NCBI GenBank assembly: GCA_958009085.1
Contig: OY253678.1
Span: 558,001-622,000 of the forward strand
Direction of reading: 5' to 3'
Origin: Protoeuglena noctilucae
Lineage: Eukaryota
Length of the DNA: 64,000 nt
The notes beneath the pieces are model-generated. The model was not told the DNA's origin. It was given only the letters and a program-made list of their open reading frames with translations, and did no database searches. Position 1 is the first letter of the stretch. Every line of letters starts with the position of its first letter. Positions 24,101 through 34,735 of the stretch are shown here, in pieces. Made by a program: the position numbers and the translations under genes.

Positions 24101-27100
24101 CGCGGTGGGGGGCGTGGTGGAGGGAGGGGTCCGCGGAAGGGCAAAGCGGCGGGGAAGGGAGCGATGGGGAACGGGGCGTTGGTGGACGAGGATGTGATTG
24201 AGGTGGTGGCGGGTGGCGAGGGCGCGGGGGACGTGCCTCCCGAGCGCGTGGCCTCTAAGGATGCCTACATGCTGCTGTACCGTCGCTGCGACATGGTTGG
24301 GGCGGAGGTGGTGGTGGGGGGTCCCGGGCGGGCGCGGGGCGGGCGGGGGCGAGGTCGGGAGGGTGCAGCGAATGCGGGGTCAGAGGCTGATGCAGGGGCA
24401 GAGGACCCACTGTCGCTGCTGCGGGGGAGCGTGCGGGAGCTGGTGGAGGAGCAGAGGCGGGAGTTCGAGGCGCGGGCGGGGGAGTACCGGGAGATGCTGT
24501 CGATCCATCGGAAGCGCCAGGAGGAGCGGCAGGCGTGGGTGCGGGGCGTCGTGGAGAGCGCGCCGGTGCCGGTGGACGCGACCGATTGGCGCTGGGTGCC
24601 GGCCGAGTGGCTGCAGTCGTGGGCGAACGCCTCGGCGCTGGTGGGGCCCGTGCCGGTGCGGGAGCTGGTGTGCCAGCACGGGCGGCTGGCGCTGGCGGCG
24701 GCGCCCCGGGCCAAGCGGGTCACGGTGGCGGCGTACCAGGCGCTGGTCGGGGAGGCCGAGGGGCTGCGGGAGGGCGGCGCAGGGGACAAGCCGGGCGCGG
24801 CTGTGGAGCTGGGGCCGGAGTCGCAATGCGCCACCTGCGTGACGTGAGTAGCGAGGTTGGTAGACGAATTAAGAATGATATGCCAATGGCTATAGGTACT
24901 GTGGCATAAGAGGATGTTTTGTTTGCAGTCAGGAGCTGGCCAGGCACCAGGAGGACGGTCTGGTGGGGGAGGAGCGGGAGCAAGCGATGCAGCAGGTGAG
25001 AAAGTGTTGAGAGCAAGCGATGCAGCAGTTGTCAGTCGCTGCAGATCACACACCTTATGCCTTGTCACACACAGATACAGACACACATGCGGCCACCTTT
25101 CGTCTCATCGCCATTGCTCCTCTCATTACCATCCCTCGTCTCCTTGCCATTTCTCATCTCACTACCATTCCTCATCTCGTTGCCACCATTCGTTCGATTG
25201 CAGCTCGAGAGCCTTCTCAGGGAGCACACGGACGCGACAGCCCACGACGCAGCTGCGCACGACCAGGCGTCCAGCAGCGGGCGTGGGGAGGAGTTCTACG
25301 CCAGCCGGACGTTCCTGCAGGGTTGGTTGCGGTGAGCGTGTGCGGTGGGGTGATGGGTGGGATGGGTGCGGTGAGAATGTGTGCTGTGGCAGGCAGGATG
25401 GGTGTGGTGAGGGTGTATGGCGGGGGTGTAGGCAGGGATAATGCTGCAGTGAGTCATGACAAGGAGAGCCCAGTAGTTCTAGACATCTCGCCCAATCCTT
25501 GCCCGGTTTGTCTGCCCCCACCGCCCCGCGCCCCCCCGCTCCCCGCAGGCGCCGCACCCCACACCTGATGCAGCCGCGGACCGGGACAAAGGCCCAGCGC
25601 CGCCCTCCCGGCGCCACGTCGCCCACCGCAACCCTCCTCTGCCCCCACGGGGGTCTTGCCGTGGAGTCATCGCCCGTCACCAAGCGCGTCCGCCTGCCAG
25701 CGCATCTGTGGGCCTTCTTCCGGAGGCAGTGGGAGCGGGAGGGCGGGGAGGTGGTGCTATGGTGAGGCAGTGGGAGCGGCAGGGTTGGGTGCTGGCTTGG
25801 TTTGCGGGCAATGAGCAGCAATTTCAGCTAGGGATGATGTACGTTGGACTTTATCCCAATGAGATATGATGAAGTCGAATCATGTGCATGGATTTTGAGG
25901 CAGGGCACTCCATGCTAGGCGTTCCCACGTGCCGTAAGCGCACCCCTCGTGCCTTCCCTCCCCGCAGCCCCCCGAGCGGCGCTGTGCCCCCCCACGTGGT
26001 CAAGCTGGTGCGGCCGGACGCCTCCAAGTCCGACGGGAAGACTGACGCGGCCCCTGACTCGGGGCCCGAGTCGCTGGCACCAGGGATGGGGCATACCGGG
26101 GGCGGCGCGGTGCATGAGCACAAGGGTGAGGACGGGGCGCGAGACGACAAGGAGAGCGATGCGGAGGACGGTGCTGAGAAGGCCGGGGGCGGGGCGAAGC
26201 GCGGGCGTGGGCGTGGGAGGGGCCGTGGTGGGGCGAAGGGGCGAGGACGGGGCAAGGGGCGGGGGCGGGGGCGGAGCAAGGCGGGTCGGGCCACAGACGA
26301 CGCGGAATCGACGGAGATGGATGCGGAGGTCGCGGTGGAGGCGGCTGCGGGGCCTACAAGGGTCGGGGCCGTGGACGGTGCTGGGGACGGGGTCAGTGAT
26401 GCCAGGGGTGGGGAGGGGTGGCCGGCCCCGCCGATGGTGGAGTTCCCCGTCGGGCGCGTGCATGAGTGCATGCTGTGCCGGTCTGCGATGGAGGTGGAGG
26501 CCGGGGAGGAGGCGCGAGTGCGGGCGGACATCGAGGCGAGCGCGGCGCACGGGTGCAGGGGGCTGGGGTGTTGGTTGCTTGCAAGGGTGCTGGGGCTGGG
26601 CGCGATTTTGATGGGACCAGAGTGGGTGCAGGGTCGGTCGTACGAGGATGTGCACGTCCTCAGCGCCCACTGTGCTGAGACCCAGCCTCGCGGGCACCTG
26701 ACTGCTGCACCCCAGCCTCGTTACCCGACGTGCGCATGTAACCGCTGACCCCACCTCCCGCCCCTGTCCCCAGGACCAGCGCCTCTCCCTGCCCGACCTG
26801 GCATCCGCGCCGGCGTCCCACCTCTCGGCGCAGATCGTCGCGGAGCGCCAGACGTTCTTCGCCATCCCACGTGCGTGGCTCGACAAGTGGCGTGCTTACG
26901 TCAACACGTCCGGGCGACGCATCGCGGCCGCCGAGCGCCCGGGGCCCCTCGCGGACGCTCTGTCGGTGCTGCGGTGCCGGCACGGCCGCCTGCTGGCGTC
27001 CCTGCCCCAAGTCTCCAGCCAGCGGGGGCGGTGGGCGGTGGTGCAGGCACCGCGCTCCGAAGACCCCACCGAGCTCTCCCTCGTCAAGCAGCGCGAGTTC

Positions 27101-28206
27101 GACTTACTTGCGTCCTTCTACGGCCCCGTCGACAACCCCATCGAGGCAAGGCTCGTGGTGGAGACGGTGGAGCGTGCACCGGGCATGGAGGCGGTGGCGG
27201 CGATCGACATCGATGGGGACGAGGAGGACGGGGGCGAGGAGGGCGCGCCGGCGCGGGCGGCGATGCGCGGGCGGCTCGTCAGCGACCCGCCGCAGTGCAC
27301 CGAGGTGTGTTCGAGTCAGAGTAGTGGCCATGGCATGGGCTTGGCTTGTACATGTTCATCGCTCTCGCTTGGCTCACGGATGCCATTCACAGTAATCGAG
27401 GGGGCGCTCGTTTTTCAATCCCTGTTTGTTGGTGCTCAAAGCTTCCTGCTTTCAAACAGCTCGTTTGTGATGGTTTGGCGGCACCTCAAGCATTGTCACG
27501 GTGGCGGCCCGCTCTTGATCACTGCCAAACCCTCTCGTCTCCCTCGCAGTGCCAGGAGGAGCAGCAGGCGGTGGAGCTTGCGGCGCTGCTCGAGTACAGG
27601 ACGGCGGCGATCGAGGTGGTGGCGGCGCGGGAGGCTCCAGGGCCCGACGACCCCCTGTGGGTCTCGGTGCTGCCGGGAGGGTACGTCGTGACGCCCCAGG
27701 GAGTGTCGGGCCCCCCTCGCGGCGGCGCAGGGAGCGGCACCGCCACCGGCGCCGGCGCCGGCGGCCCCGCCGCAGCCCTACCGTCGCGCCGCTCGCGGCG
27801 CTCCCGTGCGACGCTGGAGGTCACCCCGTCGACGACCGTGCAAGAGCTCAAGCTGCAGATCCTGCAGGCGCTGAACATCCACCCCGGCAACGCGCAGCTG
27901 TTCCTGAACGGCAAGGAGCTGACGGACGACACGCAGAACATGCGCCAGTGCCGTGTGTTCCCCAACCAGACCCTCGTGGTGGTCAGCCGGGGCCTGCACG
28001 ACGACAACGACCTCACAGGCATTCGGTTTCCGGGCGACGCGAGGGCGGTGGGGCCCCGGGAGGAGCACGGGGTCGGGTTCGGGGGCACGCTGCTGGCGGC
28101 CTATGGCTCGGTGGCCTCGGCGGCGATGGGGGCGGCGGAGGAGGGGGAGCGGGGCCCGAGCAAGGGACGCCGCCCGTTGGCGATTCGGTTAAGGCGTGTG
28201 GTGTAG
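21136..28206 (+). CDS. UBP26: Ubiquitin carboxyl-terminal hydrolase UBP26/USP48 (USP domain, DUSP repeats, C-terminal ubiquitin-like domain)
   Basis: N-terminal NCRGQRGNPNCLCGL, Cys box GLTNLGATCYMNAVLQ, QQDGSEF, His box LVHRGVEASMGHYVAHI...WFKFDDE, DAYMLLYRR, DUSP-like WVPAEWLQSW...CQHG, and UBL LEVTPSTTVQELKLQILQALNIHP. Confidence 0.93.
23420..23472 (+). repeat. Coding hexamer microsatellite (GCCACY)n encoding an Ala-Thr dipeptide run
   Basis: gccactgccacttccaccgccaccgccaccgccaccgccactgccactgccac encodes ATATSTATATATATATAT just before the USP His box. Confidence 0.9.
25100..25192 (+). repeat. Degenerate 18-bp tandem repeat in a UBP26 intron
   Basis: About five copies of ccattyctcrtctcrttr-like units. 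Confidence 0.75.
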
Positions 28207-28394
28207 ATGCGGATTGCAGGGCGGCGGTTGTATGTCCGTCAGACGCATTGAGCCATGTCAGTCATGGGACATGGTGGTCAGTCCCGCCTGCCCTGAAAGG
28301 ATGAGGGTCATGATATTCTTGCGATTTCGATGGATAATCGAGAAGTCGAGAATCAGCAATAAAGATAACTGACTGAGGGACAAACAGCGCCACA

Positions 28395-29485
28395 ATGATG
28401 CTCGCCGGGCTTTTGTCCGTGCTGCTCTGCGCAGCCGTCGTGGGTGAGCTCAGCGAACGCCTCGACAGGTCATGAGGCGCGCGCGGTGTCTGCGGCCGAA
28501 CATCATCGCGTTCTCGCTGCCTGCAGCGGCCGACGGGGACCACCACCACCACCACCACCACGACGGTTCTCCGACATATCGATTCGCCGGTACGTGCGCA
28601 TGTGATGCATGACATGCGTTTTGGGCTCCCAAGGGGGGCCGATGGCGTGATTTAGGGAAGCACCGCCTCCCAACCCTCGGGACTTGGTGCGCCTTCAGAA
28701 ATCGCGGATGGCCACAGCATCGCGTTCTCGGAGCACGGTTCGGGGTCCGAGCAGCTCTGGATCGATGACCATGCTGTGAAGCCAGGTGCGCGGCTTCCAC
28801 GCGCGCGAGCGGGGCGGAATGGCTCTGCAGCCATGGAGTGCTCCTGCCCGCGGCTCTTCCGCAGGCGACCCCTGCCGCTGCCCCAAGGGCTGGGAGACGT
28901 ACTCGCTTTGCGACGCGTACGGCATCTGCGTCGGGAACGACCAGAGCAGTCGGCTGGCCAAGATGTGCCCGCCGCCCTCGAAGACGGAACCAGCCGTCGC
29001 CCAGCGGGGCAGCGGACAGACCAACGACCTCTTCGGGGAGCTTGGGAACCTGCTGGCCGCCGTCCGTCAGCAGGCGGTCGACATGCTGTCGCAGGACCAG
29101 TGCCTCCGCGCCAAACGTGCTGCGCTGGAGAAGGACATGGTCAGCGGCGAGTACGACCGCACGTTTACCTGCGTGTGCGTGCCTCAGGTGAGGATTGCAG
29201 CTATATCATTTCCGCAGCGCCGCAGAGATCCGCAGCTGACGACGGGTGGCGAACGGGTGCAATGCGGATAGCAGCCGCACCACTGCTGGATGGTCGCCGT
29301 GTTCCCACACGCAACCGCAGACGGAAGGGGCCTCGCAGCCCGCCATGGCGCCCTCGGAGCCCGCGAAGGCGAAGCCAGTCACGGCACCCGCAACCACGGC
29401 GCAGCAGACGGTGCCGCTGACCAAGCTGCGCCCTGCCGACGCTCACAAGGCCGACGCTTACATGGCGCCCACCGTCGCAGCCTAA
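28395..29485 (+). CDS. Predicted secreted protein (about 230 aa) with signal peptide, His7 tract and Cys-rich domain
   Basis: Five exons with phase-consistent GT-AG introns give MMLAGLLSVLLCAAVVAADGDHHHHHHHDGSPTYRFAEIADG...GDPCRCPKGWETYSLCDAYGICVG...DQCLRAK...TFTCVCVPQTEGASQP...APTVAA*. No family recognised. Confidence 0.75.
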
Positions 29486-29843
29486 GCCTGAGCCAGAGCC
29501 ATGCTCATGCATACCCTGACGATACGCTCACACGCTCAGCTCAGCAACGAGTGCGGCGTCTGCGCAACATAGGCACATGGTGCTTCAGCAGTGCGGTGCG
29601 CTGTTCACGAATCGAGTTGAATCGAGTTGAGTGCGCATATCCGCTTGCTGCCACTCGCGGGGTGGCGGAACGCGGAAGGACGCGCGCAGGCAGAGGCGCA
29701 CGCCCACGGGGGTGGTTAGGGAGCTAGGAAATCGTAAACCACAATCGATGGACTAAACACAGAGTTGCTTGCACAGAGCTGCTTGCACGAGCACACCACG
29801 ATCACGCCAGCACACACGACAGTGTCCATGGGTCCTGACCGTG

Positions 29844-32800
29844 TCATCCGGGGGTTTGCGCGAGGCTGAACCCCCCGCCCATGAACCGCGCCCGGTCGTT
29901 CTCCGGCGCAGGCATCGTGGCTGCCAGGCTCTGCCCCGTGGCACCCCCCGTCCGGCCCATGCGATCCACCTGCTCCCGCCGGCGTGACTGCGGGGTGTCG
30001 AGTGTCGTGAGGTGAGTTCATCTGCATCCTGCTGAGCGTTGGCGATCCCACGTGCAGCCCTCCTCAGACCTCCAGGCCGTCCTTCAATCCAAGCACTGCC
30101 ATTCCACTCCTGCCACCCCACGCTCACCTCGAAGTACTTGCGCTTGAGGTCGTTGAGCTCCCTCACGAGCCTCTCCATCTCGTACTTGTACTCGTTGACC
30201 TGCGCCTGGAGCATGTTGAGCTCGCTGGCCATCGCCTTCATCTGCCGCGCCTTCTCCTTGAGGCTGGCGCGGTACACTGCCAGCTGCTCCGCGGCCTCCG
30301 GTCCCGGCTGACGCGCCAGAATGTTCTTGAGCTCCAGGTACATCCGCTCCTTCTCCTGGATCAGCAGGTCCTTCTCAACCACCTCCTCCGTCTTGTTGAT
30401 CAACCGCTTCTGCAGCGTTTGGATCTTCTGAATCATCTCGAACGTCGCAGGGTCGGAGCCCTCCAGCTTGCGCCACCGGTGCACGTTCATCGGGGTCTCC
30501 AGCTCCTCGCTCAAGGCCTTGACCTTCGCGCGCTCCTGGAGCAGCTCCCGGCTCAGGTGGTGCACCTCGCGCTTCAGGATGCCTGCGACACGCGGCGGGG
30601 GATGGGCGGTCGTGCACCCTGCCGGACGCGACAGGTCTGGCAAAGCAGCGAGCTGTTCAGCAAGGGAAGCGATTCCGCAGCGCTGTTATACGAGGCATCG
30701 CCAGTGCGCATCCGCAGTGCTTGCCATGCTTGCGCCTCCGCCGCGCGCCCCGCCACTCACCGATGTTCTGCACTGACCCCCGCAGCACCCCGACTTCGCG
30801 CTTAAGGTCCGAGAGCTTGAGCTTGAGGACGCGGATCTCGTTCACGCGGTCCCGGTACTGCACCTGCCCCTTCAGCAACGTGCTCTGTTGGATCTTGACC
30901 TTCTCGTACAGCAGCGCCAGTTCGTCGTTGCGGCGGATGAGCTGCGTCCCGAGGATGTCGCGCTCGTTCACCACCACGTCGTACTCCTTGCGCATGCGCG
31001 CGCGCTCCTGGTCCGCCTCCCTGCGGGGAGCGAGGGCGGGCAGGGCGGCGTCGGTGACAGTACGCGGGGTGGGCCGGGTGTGCAGCACGAAGCGCAACCA
31101 TATGCACGCGGCCCTCAATGAGGGCGTCTACCCTTCGAATTGGCCGTATGAGGAGACTGCACCTGCGCAGCCGCATGCACCGCTGCTGCCGCCTCCCATG
31201 TCTCACATGATGATGTTGTTGAGCTTGTCGATCTGCTGCTTCTGCTTGGACACGGTGACCTCGGATGCCCCGAGCGCCTCCTTGACCTTGGCCAGCTCGA
31301 GCTTCTTCTGGTCCATCTTCTTCTCTTGCGCTTGCACCGACATGAGCGTGGTCGTGAGGGACCAGTCCCGGACCTTGATCAGCTCCTTCAGCTGGTCCGT
31401 CTGGTGATCCGTGACCTTCATTTTGCGCTTGAGCTCCTGGATCTCGTCCTGGGCCTCGATCAGGTTCTTGCTGTAAAGGTTGCGGTCGCTGCGGACCGCC
31501 TCGTAGAGGTTCTGCTGCTGCTTCAGGCGGCCCTCGCCCTCCACGACCTTCTTCTGCAGGTCGATCACGGCCATCTCCCGCGCCTTGACCTCCTCCAGGG
31601 CCTGGAGGTACTTCTGCGTGGCCTCCTCGGCGTCGCGCGCAAACTGCGCCCGCTGCTTCTCCAGCGACGACAGCGCCATGGCCATCCGCTGCACCTCCAT
31701 CTTGTACCCATCAATCTCGTGCTCCAGCGAGCGCTTTGATCCCTCCACGATCTTCACGTCGTCGAGGCGCTTGGCCGCGAGGTTCTCCACGTTAGCCTTC
31801 AGCTTCGCCAGCACGTCGCGCTCCCGGTTCATGTCGTCCTGCTTCTTGCGGGCCGTCGACACCTCGGCCTGTAGACTGTCCAGCTCCTTCTCCAATTGCA
31901 CCTTCTCCTTCACCACCACCTCCCTGCGAGGGACGAAGGCCGAAGTCATGACGGGTCACTGCCTGTGCGCCCCACTGCAGCGGCGGGCCACACCCCCGAC
32001 GCGCCCGAACGCAGCGACGAGCCACAGCGCGATGCGTCCCACCCCGCGCCCCATCGACCCACGCGCGTCATGCTCCCTCGCACCACCTCATCCCTCACCT
32101 CTGCTTCTCCACGTCCAGCTTCTGCTTCTCCACCACCTTGACCCTGGCCAGCGCCGCGTCCCTGGCCTTGCCGGCCTTGGACACCTCGGCCCTCAGTGCC
32201 GCGATCTCCTCGTCCCGCGAGCGCATCTCCAGCTGCTGCTGCGACACCTGCGCCAGCAGCTGCGTGTTCTGGTGCACCTGCTCGTCGAGGTCCTGCTGCA
32301 TCCGGTGGACCTTCTCCACCATCATATTGTAGTCGCGGCCCACGCGGTCCAGCTGGCTGTCGCGGTCCCGCAGCATGGACTCCACCCGCGCCGCCTCCTC
32401 CTCCTGCGTCGCCAGCGCCACCAGCTTCGCCTTGACCTCCTCGCCCTTGGCCTCCAGCGCCGCCCGAAGGTCCTTCACGGTGCGCTCCAGCCGGTCGCGC
32501 CGCTTCGCCTCCATCTCGTCGCGGCGCTCCCGGTCCTTGGCGCCCGCCCGCGCGCGCGTCAGCTCCTCCATCATGTCCATGCGCTCACGCTCCGCCACCC
32601 GCCCCCGCTCCTGCGCCTCCGCCAGGTCCGCCCGGACCTTCACCAGCGTCTGGACCATCTCGTCGCGCTCCTTGGCCAGCTCCTCCTTCGACGCCATCAG
32701 CTCCTGCAGCTCGTCGTCCACGATCGTCATACGCGGCGCCGCCTCGCCGTCGCGCTGCAGCGCCTGCAGCTCCGCCCGGAGGCTCTGCACTTGCTCTCTG

Positions 32801-33460
32801 CGTCGCGGGGAGGGGCGGGAGACACGCGGTCACGTGCCGGTGCGAGCAGGTTGAACCGGCGCACCGCATGGCAAGCGCGTTGCCTCACTCTCCTCGCCGG
32901 ATGCATGGACGCCCGCCCGGTTGAGCGCTGCCGTCGCCCAGCACAGCCTTCCTCTCCTCCCAACTCACCTCAAGTGCACCTCCTTTTCCCTCGTCTCGTC
33001 GACCTCCTGCCACGCAGTCTCCACCTCCTTCTTGAGCGCCGTGATCATCTGCTGGTCGTCCTCCGACAGCCGCAGCGCCGCCTGCACCTTGGCCGCGTTC
33101 GCCACCAGCTCCGCATTCATCTCCTTGCACTTCTTGAGCAGCTTCCGGCCCTTGTCGTTCGACTTTCGGAACGCCCGGAGCAGCTTCTCGTACTCCACAC
33201 GGAACTGCTCCAGAGACTCGTCCCCGACCATCTCTTGCAGCACCTAAGGCAGGGAAAGGAGAGCAGGGGCTCGTGAGTCCGGAACCTGGCGGGCGGGCGC
33301 GGGCGTGGCTTTGCTGCAGCGGCATGGCATCGGCATGGCCCCTCACCTCCAAGAACTCTCGCTCCAGGCCCTCCGCGGCATTCAACTCCTCCTCAAAGGG
33401 CTCCAACCCTTTCTTCACAGGGGCCTCCTCCGTCATCGTCCGCTCGATGGTCCGCTCCAT
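29844..33460 (-). CDS. CFAP58: Cilia- and flagella-associated protein 58 (CCDC147/FAP58-FAP189 family)
   Basis: Long coiled coil with LKQQQNLYEAVRSDRNLYSKNLIEAQDEI, ERDILGTQLIRRNDELALLYEK, ALSEELETPMNVHRWRKLEGSDP, ILARQPGPE and C-terminal RFMGGGFSL. Confidence 0.95.
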
Positions 33461-33930
33461 CACGGCAGCGGCCGTCGCGGGGGGCGGCGCGCCGCAGGCA
33501 CCTGGAGGCACGCGCAGGCGCCGAGGAGGTGTCCAGGCGCTGAACAAAGAAGTTGAGACGCACATGCACTCATCAAAGATACTGCGCGATGCCAGGGAAG
33601 GGGCGACGACGCGCCCGCGAGCGGGAACGGGCCGACAGGGCGACGTCGGCAGATGGGCTGCCCCGACTGCCCGCGTCGGGGCGCTCAAATGACACGGCCC
33701 CTGCGGCGCACCTTAGCTGGAAAGGTTATCCCTTTCCTGCCGTCCCTCCCCGCCCTTCAGGGCCCAAAGCGGCCGGGTATGGCAGCCCTGCGCAGGTGGA
33801 GAGGCAGTCGCCATCAGTGCGACTCCTGGGCGGCAGACCGGAACTCACAGCAAGGGCAAGGGAAGAATCAGTGCGTAGCGACGTGGGAAGTTGCACGCGG
33901 TGGCAACAGCGATGCCGGGCGGGGACTGCC

Positions 33931-34248
33931 ATGGCCACGGCACTCAGCGACATGCATCCGCGCGCCGAGAGCGAGGAGGTCGACAGCGACGCCCGGTCTG
34001 TGCACCCCGCTGCAAATCATCACAAAGATGCTGACAGGGGAACGCAAAGGCGCTGAAGTCCGCTCTGGGAGGCAAACGACGTCTGCCTTTCAGGAAGTTC
34101 GTCCTTAGCGTCCAACGGGCCTACCTGGGATACAGTGATTTACTAATGATAAGCGCCGGACCGGCTGGGATTCGCGGGACGCAAGCGTAACGCAGGCCAA
34201 AAGATGGCCCTGTCCGGGGGCTCTCTCGCGATGGCCGACCAGCAGTGA
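33931..34248 (+). CDS. Candidate three-exon microprotein (about 52 aa)
   Basis: gccATGg start. Exons 33931-33995, 34094-34134 and 34196-34248 join in frame to MATALSDMHPRAESEEVDSDARKFVLSVQRAYLGYSQKMALSGGSLAMADQQ*. The donors are weak and no homology was recognised. Confidence 0.3.
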
Positions 34249-34735
34249 TGGCAGAGACAGAAGCTAATTGACAGGCATGGCGCTTTCGAAGTGAGTTGCC
34301 AATTCAGTTGGCGAGAATGCGCCGCGCCAGACACGCAAAATCGTGCGACACATGTTTCTCGCGAGGTGCCACACCGTCCATAGCTCGACACGCATTCAAA
34401 GCCGCGTGCAGGCATGCGGGTTAGGCAACCCTGGTCGGGCAAACGCCTGCCAGGATCGGGGAGTGCAAAGTAGAATCACGGAAAGTGGGTCGACCTAGCT
34501 GCGCTGTCGCTTGGGCCGTGCAGGGCCACGTGCGGTGGATGCCCCCGACGCTCTCCCGATAGGACTGCTACTGGACGCGTACCGACGATTCTCCTTCCGC
34601 GCGCGAGCCCCCCTTCCCTCTCGGGGACCCGTGTCGACGGTCGGCTGAGCGCTGCCGGATGTCTGCGACTCGTCAGCGCCCTGCGGCCACGTGAGACAGC
34701 TCGGGGTGCATCCCTTGCCACCAGGTCCCGGCTCC

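Noticed and set aside
12000..28000. Introner-type mobile introns
   Set aside because: Introns do not share sequence with one another. The repeats are local duplications only.
28290..28380. Possible C/D-box snoRNA or hairpin (GATGA...CTGA, AT-rich)
   Set aside because: No canonical RTGATGA C box, no convincing terminal stem and no recognisable rRNA guide. More likely terminator or promoter DNA.
33885..33910. X-box-like palindrome (gttgc...gcaac) upstream of CFAP58
   Set aside because: The spacing does not match the RFX consensus, and RFX factors are not known from green algae.
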